A DNA stretch of 21,110 nucleotides from Theionarchaea archaeon (GTDB lineage: Archaea; Methanobacteriota_B; Thermococci; Methanofastidiosales; SZ-28-30), in assembly GCA_018992685.1 (NCBI GenBank), contig JACVGT010000036.1, positions 1 through 21,110 on the forward strand, read 5' to 3'. The notes under the pieces are model-generated. The model saw only the letters and a list, made by a program, of their open reading frames with translations. It ran no database searches and had not been told where the DNA came from. The translations under genes and the position numbers were made by a program. The first letter of the stretch is position 1; each line of letters opens with the position of its first letter. Shown here one piece after another: positions 1 through 10,150 of the stretch.

Positions 1-240
1 GGTAACTTCGTCTTCTTGCTCTGTAAAGGTCATTGTCCCAATCTTGGCAGCAAGCATGGTGGCTGACACGACATCCATCGCAGCAGCACCGCTACCTACC
101 ACAATGACACAGTTTGGCTGTCCTGTCTCAGGGTCCACGAAAAAATCAGTGGGTGGTACCTCTTGAGCAGCAGCACCCGCCAGGGTGGCTCCAAGTAATG
201 CGGCTCCAGCCAGTACAGCTCCAATCTTCCTTAATTCCAT
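1..240 (-). CDS. S-layer protein, N-terminal 80 aa (partial, runs off left end), copy 1
   Basis: Manual translation from ATG at 240: MELRKIGAVLAGAALLGATLAGAAAQEVPPTDFFVDPETGQPNCVIVVGSGAAAMDVVSATMLAAKIGTMTFTEQEDEVT. Sec signal peptide followed by DFFV..G.PN..IVVGS.AAAMDV.SA, typical of Thermococcus/Methanococcus S-layer N-terminal domains. AGGAGG RBS upstream. Not in the ORF track (no stop inside window). Confidence 0.88.
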   Translation of the reverse strand, partial: MELRKIGAVLAGAALLGATLAGAAAQEVPPTDFFVDPETGQPNCVIVVGSGAAAMDVVSATMLAAKIGTMTFTEQEDEVT

Positions 241-254
241 ATTCTTTCCTCCTA
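1..254. repeat. Left arm of 254-bp inverted repeat (partner 20857..21110)
   Basis: Base-by-base comparison with the reverse complement of 20857..21110 gives 252/254 identity; mismatches at 145/20966 (synonymous GAT/GAC) and 237/20874 (E2/K2). Confidence 0.98.
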
Positions 255-350
255 TTATCGTTTCCCTCCGTAATCTCCCCCCACACATCAGCAAATTCCC
301 CTTGCATAGAAACCTTCCACACTAAACACTTTTACTCTTTGTATCGTGCC

Positions 351-366
351 CTTAATAAAGATTTCG
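351..366 (-). promoter_or_regulatory. BRE/TATA promoter of S-layer copy 1
   Basis: Minus strand CGAAATC-TTTATTAAG, ending 110 nt upstream of the ATG at 240. Confidence 0.7.
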
Positions 367-946
367 CTATCAAGTGCCTAGCAATGAACCAATTCCTGGC
401 TCGATGGATCGTTGGCCGGATTCCTGAAAAGATCCGGTTCCAGATTCAGGAAAAAACTTAGATTCTGAAAAATCATCTTATAGACTATCATTTTTGCCAA
501 GGCAGTATCTCCAGAAATTATCAACCTTTCACGAGCTGCATTCGGTCTGAAGCTGGCCCAATGTGGTACGTCGTGAGCACAAATCAATGAGTGAAGTCTT
601 CCTCAGACATCATCATTTAGATTACGTCTGCTCTTCAGGATGCTCAACGAAAATCGTGATGTGAAATAACCCTCTTTCTTCGTGTTACCAGCCGATCCCT
701 GGGTTATCTGTATTCTGCAAATCTCAAAGCGACTTCTTCATTTCTCATTCGTGGAAATCCCATGGTACGAGAGATGACTTGAACTGGAAAAGAACCTGAG
801 AGAATTATCCTCAGAACATGTCTCAGATGAATTGAAATATGAAAGTTGGATAGATAGACGATACATCGCGTGGTCTCAGGGATTGGTTTCGCTTTGTCAT
901 ATATCAGAAGTCCCGTATGATCTTTTTTAGGTACATATCCATAAGG

Positions 947-954
947 TTTATATA
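947..954 (+). promoter_or_regulatory. Putative TATA box for the MFS gene
   Basis: TTTATATA preceded by purine-rich ATAAGG, about 80 nt upstream of ATG 1037. Confidence 0.4.
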
Positions 955-1036
955 CTACGATTATGCACTTCAAGATGAAGTACTTATACAACCAAGATAC
1001 AGTTACTCTGGTCGAGAAGCAAGAGGTGCATGAGGA

Positions 1037-2356
1037 ATGAGAGAAAATAGTCTTCGCACATTCATAGTGATCTGGGCGGGTCAGTTCGTATCTCTTATCG
1101 GATCGGGGCTGACAGGATTTGCCCTGGGAGTGTGGGTGTACCTGACCACAGGATCTGTCACTAAGCTGTCATTTATCATGCTGTCTACCGTGGTTCCGGG
1201 TATCATTATGTCTCCAGTGGCAGGAGTTCTCGTGGATCGATGGAACAGGCGGAAAGCTATGATATTCAGCGATACAGGGGCTGCACTGAGTACGTTGGCT
1301 ATTGCTGTGCTTCTCTTCAGCAATCGCCTTGAAATATGGCACATCTATGTATTCATATCCATTGGTTCAGCATTTGGAAGCTTCCAGTGGCCCGCTTATT
1401 CAGCTGCCACCACGCTTCTCGTTCCTAAGAAACACCTGGGACGGGCTGCAGGAATGGTCCAGACTGCGGAAGCAGTCTCAGTCATTGTCTCACCTGCTCT
1501 AGCAGGATTTCTCCTGATGACCATCCACATATGGGGTGTCATTGCCATTGATTTTGCCACGTTCCTGATTGCCCTGGCAACATTGGCAGTAGTGAGAATC
1601 CCCGATACTCCTTCTACCACTACTGGCGAGAAGCCCCCCTTCTTGAAGGAAGTGACCTTCGGATGGAAGTATGTCACTGAGAGACACGGATTGTTTGCCC
1701 TCCTGATTTTCTTTGCTCTGTCCAATTTCATATTCGGGTTTGTCAACGTGCTGTTTACTCCGCTGGTCTTGAGCTTTTCAACACCTATCCTGCTGGGAAC
1801 TGTCGTCTCTGTTGGCGGTGTTGGGATGCTTCTCGGAGGAATTGTGATGAGCACATGGGGCGGGCCTCGGCGACGCGTTAATGGCATCCTGGGTGCTTCC
1901 CTGCTCTCAGGGGTAGCGCTGATGGTTGGCGGATCAAGAGCCAGTATACCTCTCCTTGCAGGGGTATTCTTCCTGCTCCTCTTTACAGGCCCCATAGCCA
2001 ATGCGTGTAGTCAGGCCATCTGGCAGACCAAGACAGCCCCTGATATTCAAGGCAAGGTCTTTGCTGTCCGGAGGATGATAGCTTTGTCTGTGATGCCTCT
2101 TTCCTATCTGACCGCGGGGCCGCTGGCAGACAATGTTTTTGAGCCTCTCCTAGCTGTCAATGGACCTCTGGCTGGCAGTGTGGGTAAGATACTGGGAGTC
2201 GGACCAGGAAGGGGAATTGGATTGATGATAATAATAATGGGCGTTCTCACCATTGTGGTCACTGTCGGTGCTTACCTGTATCCGAGGTTGAGGCTGGTAG
2301 AGGATGAATTACCTGACCAGGTGGATGAAGACATTCCTCACGATCCGAGGCAATAG
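1037..2356 (+). CDS. MFS transporter, MefA-like/DHA3 drug:H+ antiporter family
   Basis: 439 aa, about 12 hydrophobic segments; N-terminal F..IWAGQFVSLIGSGLT.FAL, MFS motif A variant AGVLVDRWNRRK, and Q..APDIQGKVFA in the second half. Confidence 0.9.
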   Translation: MRENSLRTFIVIWAGQFVSLIGSGLTGFALGVWVYLTTGSVTKLSFIMLSTVVPGIIMSPVAGVLVDRWNRRKAMIFSDTGAALSTLAIAVLLFSNRLEIWHIYVFISIGSAFGSFQWPAYSAATTLLVPKKHLGRAAGMVQTAEAVSVIVSPALAGFLLMTIHIWGVIAIDFATFLIALATLAVVRIPDTPSTTTGEKPPFLKEVTFGWKYVTERHGLFALLIFFALSNFIFGFVNVLFTPLVLSFSTPILLGTVVSVGGVGMLLGGIVMSTWGGPRRRVNGILGASLLSGVALMVGGSRASIPLLAGVFFLLLFTGPIANACSQAIWQTKTAPDIQGKVFAVRRMIALSVMPLSYLTAGPLADNVFEPLLAVNGPLAGSVGKILGVGPGRGIGLMIIIMGVLTIVVTVGAYLYPRLRLVEDELPDQVDEDIPHDPRQ

Positions 2357-2674
2357 GACAGCGGGCCTAGAATCTTCCGGTGCAACACTCTGTTCTGAAC
2401 GTCAGGGTTCCATATTGATTGTGTATATGAGTAGGAATACTTAAGCCGGAAATACATTCTCTGTCCTGAGAGTGAGGAAAGACGTAGTCCATCAGCCCCA
2501 GTTCATGCCCCTGATGGTGGAGAGACAAAAGGATCAAAGGATACCTTTATAAAGGCCGAAAAATTACGAAAAGGTAGACGCCTCTTCAAGTGAGATGGTG
2601 ATCTCAAAAAGTGGACAGTATAAAGGTGGTTTCATAGGAGAGGATGGTCAGAATAGTAAATCCCTCTTCTGCAA

Positions 2675-2690
2675 GGGAAAGCTTTATAAA
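2675..2690 (+). promoter_or_regulatory. BRE/TATA promoter for tRNA-Lys and probably the rpo operon
   Basis: GGGAAAGC-TTTATAAA (TATA 2683..2690), 43 nt upstream of the tRNA 5' end. Confidence 0.7.
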
Positions 2691-2733
2691 TGGAAAGAAA
2701 AACTCCGATTTAGGTATCCTATTTTATGGTTAT

Positions 2734-2807
2734 GGGCCTGTAGCTCAGTCTGGCAGAGCATCGGCCTTTTAAGCCGAGGGTCGCGGGTTCAATTCCCGTC
2801 GGGCCCG
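2734..2807 (+). tRNA. tRNA-Lys (anticodon UUU), intronless, CCA not encoded
   Basis: Cloverleaf: acceptor GGGCCTG/CGGGCCC, D arm GCTC..GAGC, anticodon arm TCGGC-CTTTTAA-GCCGA, T arm GCGGG-TTCAATT-CCCGT, discriminator G followed by CTCA. Confidence 0.96.
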
Positions 2808-2826
2808 CTCACTTCCGGTGGAGAGA

Positions 2827-3063
2827 ATGAAAAAAATTGATCCAACTCACCATGAACTTGTCCCCAGGCATGTAGTCCTCGAAGAAGAAGAAGTGGAGAA
2901 GCTGCTTCACGTTTACAATATCACCAGAGACAAGCTGCCATTAATCAAAGCAGCAGATCCCGTAGTGAAGGCCATAGGCGCCAGACCGGGGCAAGTCATC
3001 AAGATAATCAGGACAGGAAGCCCTGCAGGAGAGGCAGTTACCTACAGACTGATAATCAAGTAA
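2827..3063 (+). CDS. rpoH: DNA-directed RNA polymerase subunit H (Rpo5)
   Basis: HELVPRH...LPLIKAADPV...GARPGQVIKIIR..SPAGEAVTYR motifs. ATG 2827 preferred over GTG 2818 because GGTGGAG then serves as the RBS. Confidence 0.95.
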   Translation: MKKIDPTHHELVPRHVVLEEEEVEKLLHVYNITRDKLPLIKAADPVVKAIGARPGQVIKIIRTGSPAGEAVTYRLIIK

Positions 3064-3075
3064 AGAGGGAATATT

Positions 3076-6000
3076 ATGGATAGATGGCCTATTATTAAAT
3101 CCTTTTTTGACGAGAAGAAATTCGTCAGACAACACCTGGACTCTTACAACGACTTCATTGAAAGGGGACTGCAGCAAGTCATTGATGATCAAGAAGGCAT
3201 AGAAACTGACATTGAAGGATTCTATGTCAAGTTTGGCAGGATTAGAGCAGACATTCCACGAGCGCGTGATGCGGATGGATCTACTCGGTTCTTATATCCT
3301 CAAGAAACTCGATTGAGAGATCTCACGTATGCTGCCCCCCTCTTCCTTGAGTTGATTCCAGTAACAGAAGAGGGAGACAAAGAACCAGTAGAAGTGGCGA
3401 TTGGTGAACTCCCGGTCATGGTAAAATCCAGTCTGTGTGCTCTGCAAGGAAGGAGCGATGCAGAACTGGTGGAAGTGGGAGAAGATCCCAAAGATCCTGG
3501 AGGCTACTTTATCATCAATGGGTCGGAGAAAGTCATTGTAGCCATTGAAGATCTGGCTCCCAATAAGATATTGATTGAGCACAGCTCTCGGACAAACTCA
3601 GTGGTAGCCAAAGTATTTTCTACTCGACATGGATTTAGAGCACTTGTCAAGCTTGAACGAAAAAAAGATGGGCTCCTGAGAGTGTCTTTTCCTTCTGTGC
3701 CAGGTAAGATCTCCTTTGTCACCATCATGAAAGCTCTGGGGTTGACGAGTGACCAGGACATTGTCAATGCGGTTTCTGCAGAACCTGAAATTCAGAAAGA
3801 GCTCCTGGATAACCTTGAAGAGTCTATTGATATTACCAATCAGGAGGAGGCTCTGGACGTTGTGGGAAAACGAGTAGCCATTGGTCAACTGCAGGAGTAT
3901 CGTCTGAAACGCGCAGAGTACAGTGTTGACCGGTACCTGCTTCCTCACATTGGAACAGATCCTGAAGACAGAATCAGAAAAGCGTACTACCTGGGTATTA
4001 TGGCAGACAGGGCTATTGAACTGGCGTTGCTGAAGAGGGAAGAAGATGATAAGGACCATTATTCCTCCAAGAGACTGCGACTGGCAGGTGACCTGCTGCA
4101 GAGTCTGTTCAGGCTGTCGCTGGTTCAACTCACCAGAGACATCAAGTATCAGCTGGAGCGTACTTATGCACGAGGGAAATTCCAGGAAGGGAAAGAACAC
4201 GAATTCGTGAAAAAGGCAGTTCGGGCAGACGTTTTGACAGAGAGAATGCGACATGCCATGGCCACCGGGCAGTGGCCGGGGGGGAGAACGGGTGTCTCCC
4301 AGCTTCTTGATACTGTCAACTATATGTCCAAGCTCTCTCACTTGCGCCGCGTGGTGTCCATGCTGTCCAGGAGCCAGCCGCATTTTGAAGCCCGTGATCT
4401 GCATCCCACACACTGGGGAAGAATCTGTCCTTCTGAAACTCCCGAGGGCCCCAACTGTGGGCTCGTCAAGAACCTGGCACTCATGTGTGAGGTAGCTGTG
4501 GGAGTGGACGAAGAAGACATTGAACGATACCTACTGGAAATTGGAGTAAATAGGATTTTGAAGAAGGCCCCCAAGTCATTAACATTTGTGTACTTGAATG
4601 GCTCACTGGTGGGGACCCATGAAGATGGGAGAGAATTGGTAGCCAGAATCAGAGAAGACCGCAGGCAGTGCAGGATACCTCATGCAGTCAATACTGCCTA
4701 CTTCGGAGACACCAATGAGCTGCAGATCAATTGCGATGGAGGGCGAGCTCGAAGGCCCCTGATTGTGACGGATGAAGGTGTACCCAGAACAACTGAGGAA
4801 ATTGTGGAGCAGATTGCTCATGGTGATCTGCAGTGGAGTGATCTTGTGGAGAGAGGGCTTGTGGAGTATCTGGATGCTGAGGAAGAAGAAAATGCGTATA
4901 TTGCTATCAACGAGGCCGAGCTAACTGCAGACCACACGCATCTTGAGATCTTTCCTGCCACCATTCTGGGAATCTCAGCCAGCATTGTCCCGTTTCCTGA
5001 ACACAATGCAGCTCCCAGAAACTCGTATGGAGCAGGAATGGCCAAGCAGAGTCTTGGATTTGGATCTTCTAATTTCAAGCTGCGGGTGGAAACCCGGGAG
5101 CATCTCATGCACTACCCCCAGGGGCAGCTGGTGACCACCAAAGTGATGAAAGCTGTGGAGTTTGATAAACGCCCTGCTGGGCAGAATTTCATTATAGCTG
5201 TTCTCTCATATACAGGATACAATATTGAGGATGCGTTAATCATCAACAAAGCTGCTGTGGAGAGAGGGTTGGCCCGTACTCACTTTTTCAGAACATACAA
5301 TGCGGAAGAGCGGCGATATCCTGGTGGACAGGTGGATATTTTCGAAATTCCTGACAAAACCATACGGGGGTACAGGGGAGCTGAATCCTACAAGTACCTG
5401 GATGATGATGGCCTGGTCTGGCCAGAGATCGTAGTTAATGGAGGAGAAGTGTTGATCGGCAGGACATCGCCTCCTCGGTTCCTTCAGGAGCTGGACGAGT
5501 TCGGGACAGCAATCAGTGATCGTGAAGAAACCTCAATATCTGCCAGAGTATCAGAAACAGGGGTCGTCGATCTGACACTGCTCACCGAGACCCAGGACGG
5601 GAACAAACTGGTGAAGATAAAGGTACGCGACGAGCGCATTCCCGAACTTGGAGATAAATTTGCCTCGCGTCATGGCCAGAAGGGTGTAATTGGATTAATA
5701 GTCCCCCAAGAGGACATGCCAGTGACGGAATCGGGTATTACACCAGACATGATTGTTAATCCTCATGCTATTCCTTCAAGGAAGACAGTAGGGCAGATCC
5801 TGGAAATGATGGCAGGAAAGGCGGCCTGCATACAGGGAGAAGTGATGGACGCTACCGCTTTTGACAATGTGGGGGAATCTGAAATCAAAGATATCCTCAG
5901 GGAAGATGGATTCAAGAGCATTGGCACGGAACGGCTGTACAATGGCATGACAGGGGAACTGATTGAAGCTGAGATTTTCCTTGGTGTGTGCTACTACCAG

Positions 6001-6387
6001 AAGCTCCATCACATGGTGGCGGATAAGATGCATGCACGCTCACGGGGACCCAGACAGATGCTCACCAGGCAGCCCACAGAAGGAAAGGCCAGAGAAGGAG
6101 GCCTGCGGTTTGGTGAGATGGAGCGAGACTGCCTAGTGGGTCACGGAGCTGCCATGCTGTTGAAGGAACGACTTTTGGATGCCTCAGATACCTGCGAAGT
6201 TTTGGTATGTGCCAAGTGCGGAGATATTGCTATTTACGACAGAATCAGGGACAGGCGGTATTGTCCTTCGTGTGGGGAAGATACTGAGGTCTACCCTGTT
6301 GAAATGTCCTACGCTTTCAAATTATTGCTTGAAGAGTTGAAATCAATGTGTCTCTCGCCAAAGCTGCTCCTAAAGGAGAGGGCGTGA
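3076..6387 (+). CDS. rpoB: DNA-directed RNA polymerase subunit B (Rpo2), unsplit
   Basis: 1103 aa; DPGGYFIINGSE, HPTHWGRICPSETPEGPNCGLVKN, GDKFASRHGQKG, RFGEMERD and C-terminal CxxC..CxxC zinc ribbon. Confidence 0.99.
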   Translation: MDRWPIIKSFFDEKKFVRQHLDSYNDFIERGLQQVIDDQEGIETDIEGFYVKFGRIRADIPRARDADGSTRFLYPQETRLRDLTYAAPLFLELIPVTEEGDKEPVEVAIGELPVMVKSSLCALQGRSDAELVEVGEDPKDPGGYFIINGSEKVIVAIEDLAPNKILIEHSSRTNSVVAKVFSTRHGFRALVKLERKKDGLLRVSFPSVPGKISFVTIMKALGLTSDQDIVNAVSAEPEIQKELLDNLEESIDITNQEEALDVVGKRVAIGQLQEYRLKRAEYSVDRYLLPHIGTDPEDRIRKAYYLGIMADRAIELALLKREEDDKDHYSSKRLRLAGDLLQSLFRLSLVQLTRDIKYQLERTYARGKFQEGKEHEFVKKAVRADVLTERMRHAMATGQWPGGRTGVSQLLDTVNYMSKLSHLRRVVSMLSRSQPHFEARDLHPTHWGRICPSETPEGPNCGLVKNLALMCEVAVGVDEEDIERYLLEIGVNRILKKAPKSLTFVYLNGSLVGTHEDGRELVARIREDRRQCRIPHAVNTAYFGDTNELQINCDGGRARRPLIVTDEGVPRTTEEIVEQIAHGDLQWSDLVERGLVEYLDAEEEENAYIAINEAELTADHTHLEIFPATILGISASIVPFPEHNAAPRNSYGAGMAKQSLGFGSSNFKLRVETREHLMHYPQGQLVTTKVMKAVEFDKRPAGQNFIIAVLSYTGYNIEDALIINKAAVERGLARTHFFRTYNAEERRYPGGQVDIFEIPDKTIRGYRGAESYKYLDDDGLVWPEIVVNGGEVLIGRTSPPRFLQELDEFGTAISDREETSISARVSETGVVDLTLLTETQDGNKLVKIKVRDERIPELGDKFASRHGQKGVIGLIVPQEDMPVTESGITPDMIVNPHAIPSRKTVGQILEMMAGKAACIQGEVMDATAFDNVGESEIKDILREDGFKSIGTERLYNGMTGELIEAEIFLGVCYYQKLHHMVADKMHARSRGPRQMLTRQPTEGKAREGGLRFGEMERDCLVGHGAAMLLKERLLDASDTCEVLVCAKCGDIAIYDRIRDRRYCPSCGEDTEVYPVEMSYAFKLLLEELKSMCLSPKLLLKERA

Positions 6388-6391
6388 TACT

Positions 6392-9025
6392 ATGAGTCTA
6401 AAAGTGATCAAAGAGATAAAATTCGGGATACTCTCCCCCGAAGCCATCAGAAAAATGTCTGTGGTCAAAATTGTTACTGCAGATACGTACGATGATGAAG
6501 GATACCCCATTGAAAAGGGACTGGTGGATCCCCGTCTGGGCGTCATTGACCCGGGGTTGAAATGCCGCACCTGCGGGATGCGATTTGGTGAGTGCCCGGG
6601 GCACTTCGGCCACATCGAACTGGCCAGGCCAGTCATCCACATGGGATATGCCAAGGAGATTTATAAGGTCCTCAAAGGGGTATGCCATAACTGTCATCGC
6701 GTCCTCCTGGACAATGAAGAGATCAAGAAGTACGCCAGGCGACTGAAAGAAGCCAGAGTGAGAGATGTAGAAAAACAGAAGGTTCTCAAGATCATTGCCA
6801 AACAGGCTGCTCGCCGCAGACGGTACACCAAGAATAACATTTGTCCTCACTGCGGGGTGGAACTACCGCGCATCAGGTTTGAGAAGCCCACAACCTACAT
6901 GGAGAACACAGAGAAGCTGTCTCCCTCTGACATCAGGGCCCGACTGGAGAAGATCTCAGCAGAAGATGCAGAACTTCTGGGATTTGATCCTGAAGTAGCA
7001 AGGCCAGAATGGCTGATCCTGACTGCGCTGCCTGTGGCTCCTGTGACTGTAAGACCATCAATTACCCTTGAGAGTGGAGCTCGTTCTGAGGATGACATGA
7101 CCCACAAACTCGTGGATATCATCAGAATCAACCAGCGGTTACGGGAAAACATTGATGCTGGTGCACCCCAGCTGATTGTGGAGGATTTGTGGGAACTCCT
7201 CCAGTATCACGTGACCACTTATTTCGACAACGAGGTTTCTGGAGTCCCTCCTGCTCGGCACCGTTCTGGACGAGTTTTGAAGACTCTGGCCCAGCGACTC
7301 AAGGGGAAAGAGGGGCGGTTCAGGAACAACTTATCTGGAAAGCGGGTGGACTTTTCTGCTAGGACAGTCATCTCACCTGACCCCAATGTGTCCATTAATG
7401 AAGTGGGTGTGCCCAGTCCAGTGGCCATGGAGCTGACAATCCCTGAAAGAGTCACGTACAAGACACGAGATGAACTCAGGAGCCTGGTTCTGCGGGGCCC
7501 ATCCCAGCATCCGGGGGCAAACTATATCATACGGACAGATGGCCGCCGGAAGCGTATTCCAGCAAATGATGAAGAGCTGAGAAAGACTCTGGCAGAAGAG
7601 CTCGATGTGGGATACGTGGTGGAACGACACCTCCAGGACGGAGATGTTGTCCTATTCAATAGACAGCCTTCCCTGCACCGGCTGAGCATCATGGCTCACG
7701 AGGTCAGGGTCATGCCCTATCGCACTTTCCGGTTGAACCTGTGCGTGTGCCCCCCGTACAATGCGGATTTTGATGGAGACGAAATGAATCTTCATGTACC
7801 CCAGACAGAAGAGGCTCAGGCAGAAGCGCTCATCCTGATGAGAGTGCAGGAGCAAATCATATCTCCCCGATATGGAGAACCTGTCATCGGTGGCGTTCAG
7901 GATTATATCTCAGGCGCCTACATTCTCACCAGGGAAGGGACGGAATTTTCCAGGCGGGAAGTTGAAGAGATGCTGTGCATGGCAGGCCTTGGGGTTGAAA
8001 CCTCTCAGGATAAGGAAATCTGGACGGGAAAAGAAGTATTTTCCCTTCTGCTGCCCCCTGATCTGAACGTGGAGTACAAGAACAAAATTTGTAGACGGTG
8101 CACCACGTGTAAGGAGAAAGAATGTCCATATGATGGGTATGTGGTTATTAAGGATGGGAAACTCCTCAAAGGAGCCATTGATGGAATGGCCTACAAGGCG
8201 CGATCTGAGTGCAAGCTCCTGGATAAGCTGGTCAAAGACTACGGCACAGATACAGGAAGAAAGTTCCTGGATTCCATCACTCGGCTGATCCTGTGGGTCC
8301 TGGGCATGAAGGGCATAACAGTAGATATGAATGATGTGGAACTGGACCAGGATGCAAAGGACAGGATTGATGAAGTGCTCCAGGACGGAGAGAACAAGGT
8401 GGACAAGCTCATTGAGGCGTACCACAATGGAGAGCTGGAGCCCTTGCCCGGACAGAGTCTCGAAGAGACGCTTGAGAAGAAGATCATGCAGGTTCTGGCT
8501 GCAGCCAGAGATCGTGCAGGTCAAATTGCTGAAGAGTATCTGGGAATGGAACGATTCTCAGTTATCATGGCTAAGACCGGAGCCAAAGGAAATATGCTGG
8601 ACCTCACACAGATGGCTGCATGTCTGGGGCAGATGTCAGTAAGAGGAGAACGGCTGCACAGGGGATACAACAATAGATCATTATCACACTTCAAAGAGAA
8701 TGAGCTTTCTGCCAGATCCAGAGGATTTGTCCGCTCTTCATATAACAAGGGATTATCTCCCACCGAATTCTTCTTCCATGCCATGGGAGGGAGAGAGGGA
8801 CTGGTGGACACGGCTGTCAGAACAGCTCAATCAGGTTACATGCAGAGGCGGCTCATGAATGCCATGCAGGATTTGAAGGTAGAGTATGACAGGACTGTGA
8901 GAGACAATACGGGACTTGTCATTCAATTCATGTATGGTGAAGATGGAGTTGATCCCGCTCGTTCTGACTATGGGAAGGCGGTTGATATTGACTGGATCAT
9001 TCACAAGCACATGGAGGCGGTGTAG
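6392..9025 (+). CDS. rpoA1: DNA-directed RNA polymerase subunit A' (Rpo1N)
   Basis: 877 aa; [18 protein letters not shown], catalytic [34 protein letters not shown]; no intein apparent. Confidence 0.99.
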   Translation: MSLKVIKEIKFGILSPEAIRKMSVVKIVTADTYDDEGYPIEKGLVDPRLGVIDPGLKCRTCGMRFGECPGHFGHIELARPVIHMGYAKEIYKVLKGVCHNCHRVLLDNEEIKKYARRLKEARVRDVEKQKVLKIIAKQAARRRRYTKNNICPHCGVELPRIRFEKPTTYMENTEKLSPSDIRARLEKISAEDAELLGFDPEVARPEWLILTALPVAPVTVRPSITLESGARSEDDMTHKLVDIIRINQRLRENIDAGAPQLIVEDLWELLQYHVTTYFDNEVSGVPPARHRSGRVLKTLAQRLKGKEGRFRNNLSGKRVDFSARTVISPDPNVSINEVGVPSPVAMELTIPERVTYKTRDELRSLVLRGPSQHPGANYIIRTDGRRKRIPANDEELRKTLAEELDVGYVVERHLQDGDVVLFNRQPSLHRLSIMAHEVRVMPYRTFRLNLCVCPPYNADFDGDEMNLHVPQTEEAQAEALILMRVQEQIISPRYGEPVIGGVQDYISGAYILTREGTEFSRREVEEMLCMAGLGVETSQDKEIWTGKEVFSLLLPPDLNVEYKNKICRRCTTCKEKECPYDGYVVIKDGKLLKGAIDGMAYKARSECKLLDKLVKDYGTDTGRKFLDSITRLILWVLGMKGITVDMNDVELDQDAKDRIDEVLQDGENKVDKLIEAYHNGELEPLPGQSLEETLEKKIMQVLAAARDRAGQIAEEYLGMERFSVIMAKTGAKGNMLDLTQMAACLGQMSVRGERLHRGYNNRSLSHFKENELSARSRGFVRSSYNKGLSPTEFFFHAMGGREGLVDTAVRTAQSGYMQRRLMNAMQDLKVEYDRTVRDNTGLVIQFMYGEDGVDPARSDYGKAVDIDWIIHKHMEAV

Positions 9026-10137
9026 TGAAGCCTCTCCCCCTTTCTGTCAAGGAGGAGCTGACTGAAAAGCTCCTGGAGGCAAATAAGAAGAGGAACATGA
9101 CAGTTTCACAGATAGATGCTATTATTCAGGAAGTTGTAGAAGAATACAACAGAGTGTTGGTAGATCCTGGAGAACCGGTGGGAACGGTGGCTGCGCAGAG
9201 CATAGGAGAGCCAGGCACTCAGATGACCCTGAGTACCTTCCACTATGCAGGCGTGGCGGAGATCAATGTGACCCTGGGACTGCCTCGAATCATTGAGATA
9301 GTAGATATGCGCAGAAAACCCTCAACTCCTGTTATGACCGTATTCCTGGAGGACGGATACAGCAACGACCGGGAGAAAGCGTTGAGAGTGGCGCGTCTCA
9401 TTGAAGGGACCACAGTGGAGAATGTGGCGAGATCTGTCATCATGGATGTCATCAACATGAACCTAGTAGTAACCTTGGATGAGTACAAATTAGATGACCA
9501 GAAAATTTCAATTGATGATATAATCAAAAAGCTTAAAAAGGTAAAGAATGTGGAAATGACGCAGGATGGTTATACGATCATCCTCAACCCAGGAGATGTT
9601 TCTCTGATGAAGCTGCGGAAATTTGCCATGCGCGTGAGAAATACCCAGCTGAAAGGCATCAAGAAGATCAAGCGCGCCTTGATTAGAAAAGAAAACGGTG
9701 AATATGTAATCTACACCGAAGGTTCGAAGCTCACTGACGTTTTCAAACTGGAGGGAGTTGATACGACCCGCACAACCACCAATGATGTGCGGGAGATTCA
9801 CAAGGTGCTGGGAATTGAAGCTGCTCGCAATGCAATTATCAAGGAGATAAAAGAGACTCTGGATGAACAGGGTCTGGATGTAGAGGTACGACACATCATG
9901 CTGCTGGCAGACTTGATGACTGTTGATGGTGAACCCAAACCCATTGGCAGACACGGCATTTCTGGAGAGAAGTCCAGTATACTGGCCCGGGCCGCTTTTG
10001 AGGTAACCACCCGCCATCTCTTGGAAGCGGGAAAACAAGGAATGGTGGATTCTCTGAATGGGGTCACGGAAAACGTGATCATTGGTCAGCCCATACCGGT
10101 TGGTACAGGCACAGTGGAACTGGTAATGAAGAGGTAG
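9025..10137 (+). CDS. rpoA2: DNA-directed RNA polymerase subunit A'' (Rpo1C)
   Basis: [47 protein letters not shown]; GTG start overlaps the rpoA' stop (TAGTG) with GGAGG upstream. Confidence 0.97.
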   Translation: MKPLPLSVKEELTEKLLEANKKRNMTVSQIDAIIQEVVEEYNRVLVDPGEPVGTVAAQSIGEPGTQMTLSTFHYAGVAEINVTLGLPRIIEIVDMRRKPSTPVMTVFLEDGYSNDREKALRVARLIEGTTVENVARSVIMDVINMNLVVTLDEYKLDDQKISIDDIIKKLKKVKNVEMTQDGYTIILNPGDVSLMKLRKFAMRVRNTQLKGIKKIKRALIRKENGEYVIYTEGSKLTDVFKLEGVDTTRTTTNDVREIHKVLGIEAARNAIIKEIKETLDEQGLDVEVRHIMLLADLMTVDGEPKPIGRHGISGEKSSILARAAFEVTTRHLLEAGKQGMVDSLNGVTENVIIGQPIPVGTGTVELVMKR

Positions 10138-10150
10138 AGAGGTGACATGA

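Noticed and set aside
1-254. Pure assembly or fold-back artefact as the source of the inverted repeat
   Set aside because: The arms differ at two positions (one synonymous), and each continues into a distinct upstream region with its own correctly spaced TATA. Not fully excluded without reads.
114-461. ORF 114..461 (+) and its mirror 20800..20997 (-)
   Set aside because: Antisense shadows of the S-layer genes; their similarity only reflects the DNA repeat.
378-991. Short minus-strand ORFs 378..587 and 704..991
   Set aside because: No recognisable motifs or RBS; likely chance ORFs in intergenic DNA.
2734-2807. tRNA as integration site of a mobile element
   Set aside because: No duplicated tRNA 3' end or integrase seen; rpoH follows directly.
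2595-2840. 81-aa ORF upstream of rpoH
   Set aside because: Runs through the promoter and the tRNA-Lys gene.
8085-8135. Cys-rich [12 protein letters not shown] segment in RpoA'
   Set aside because: Similar metal-binding inserts occur in other euryarchaeal RpoA' proteins; not novel.
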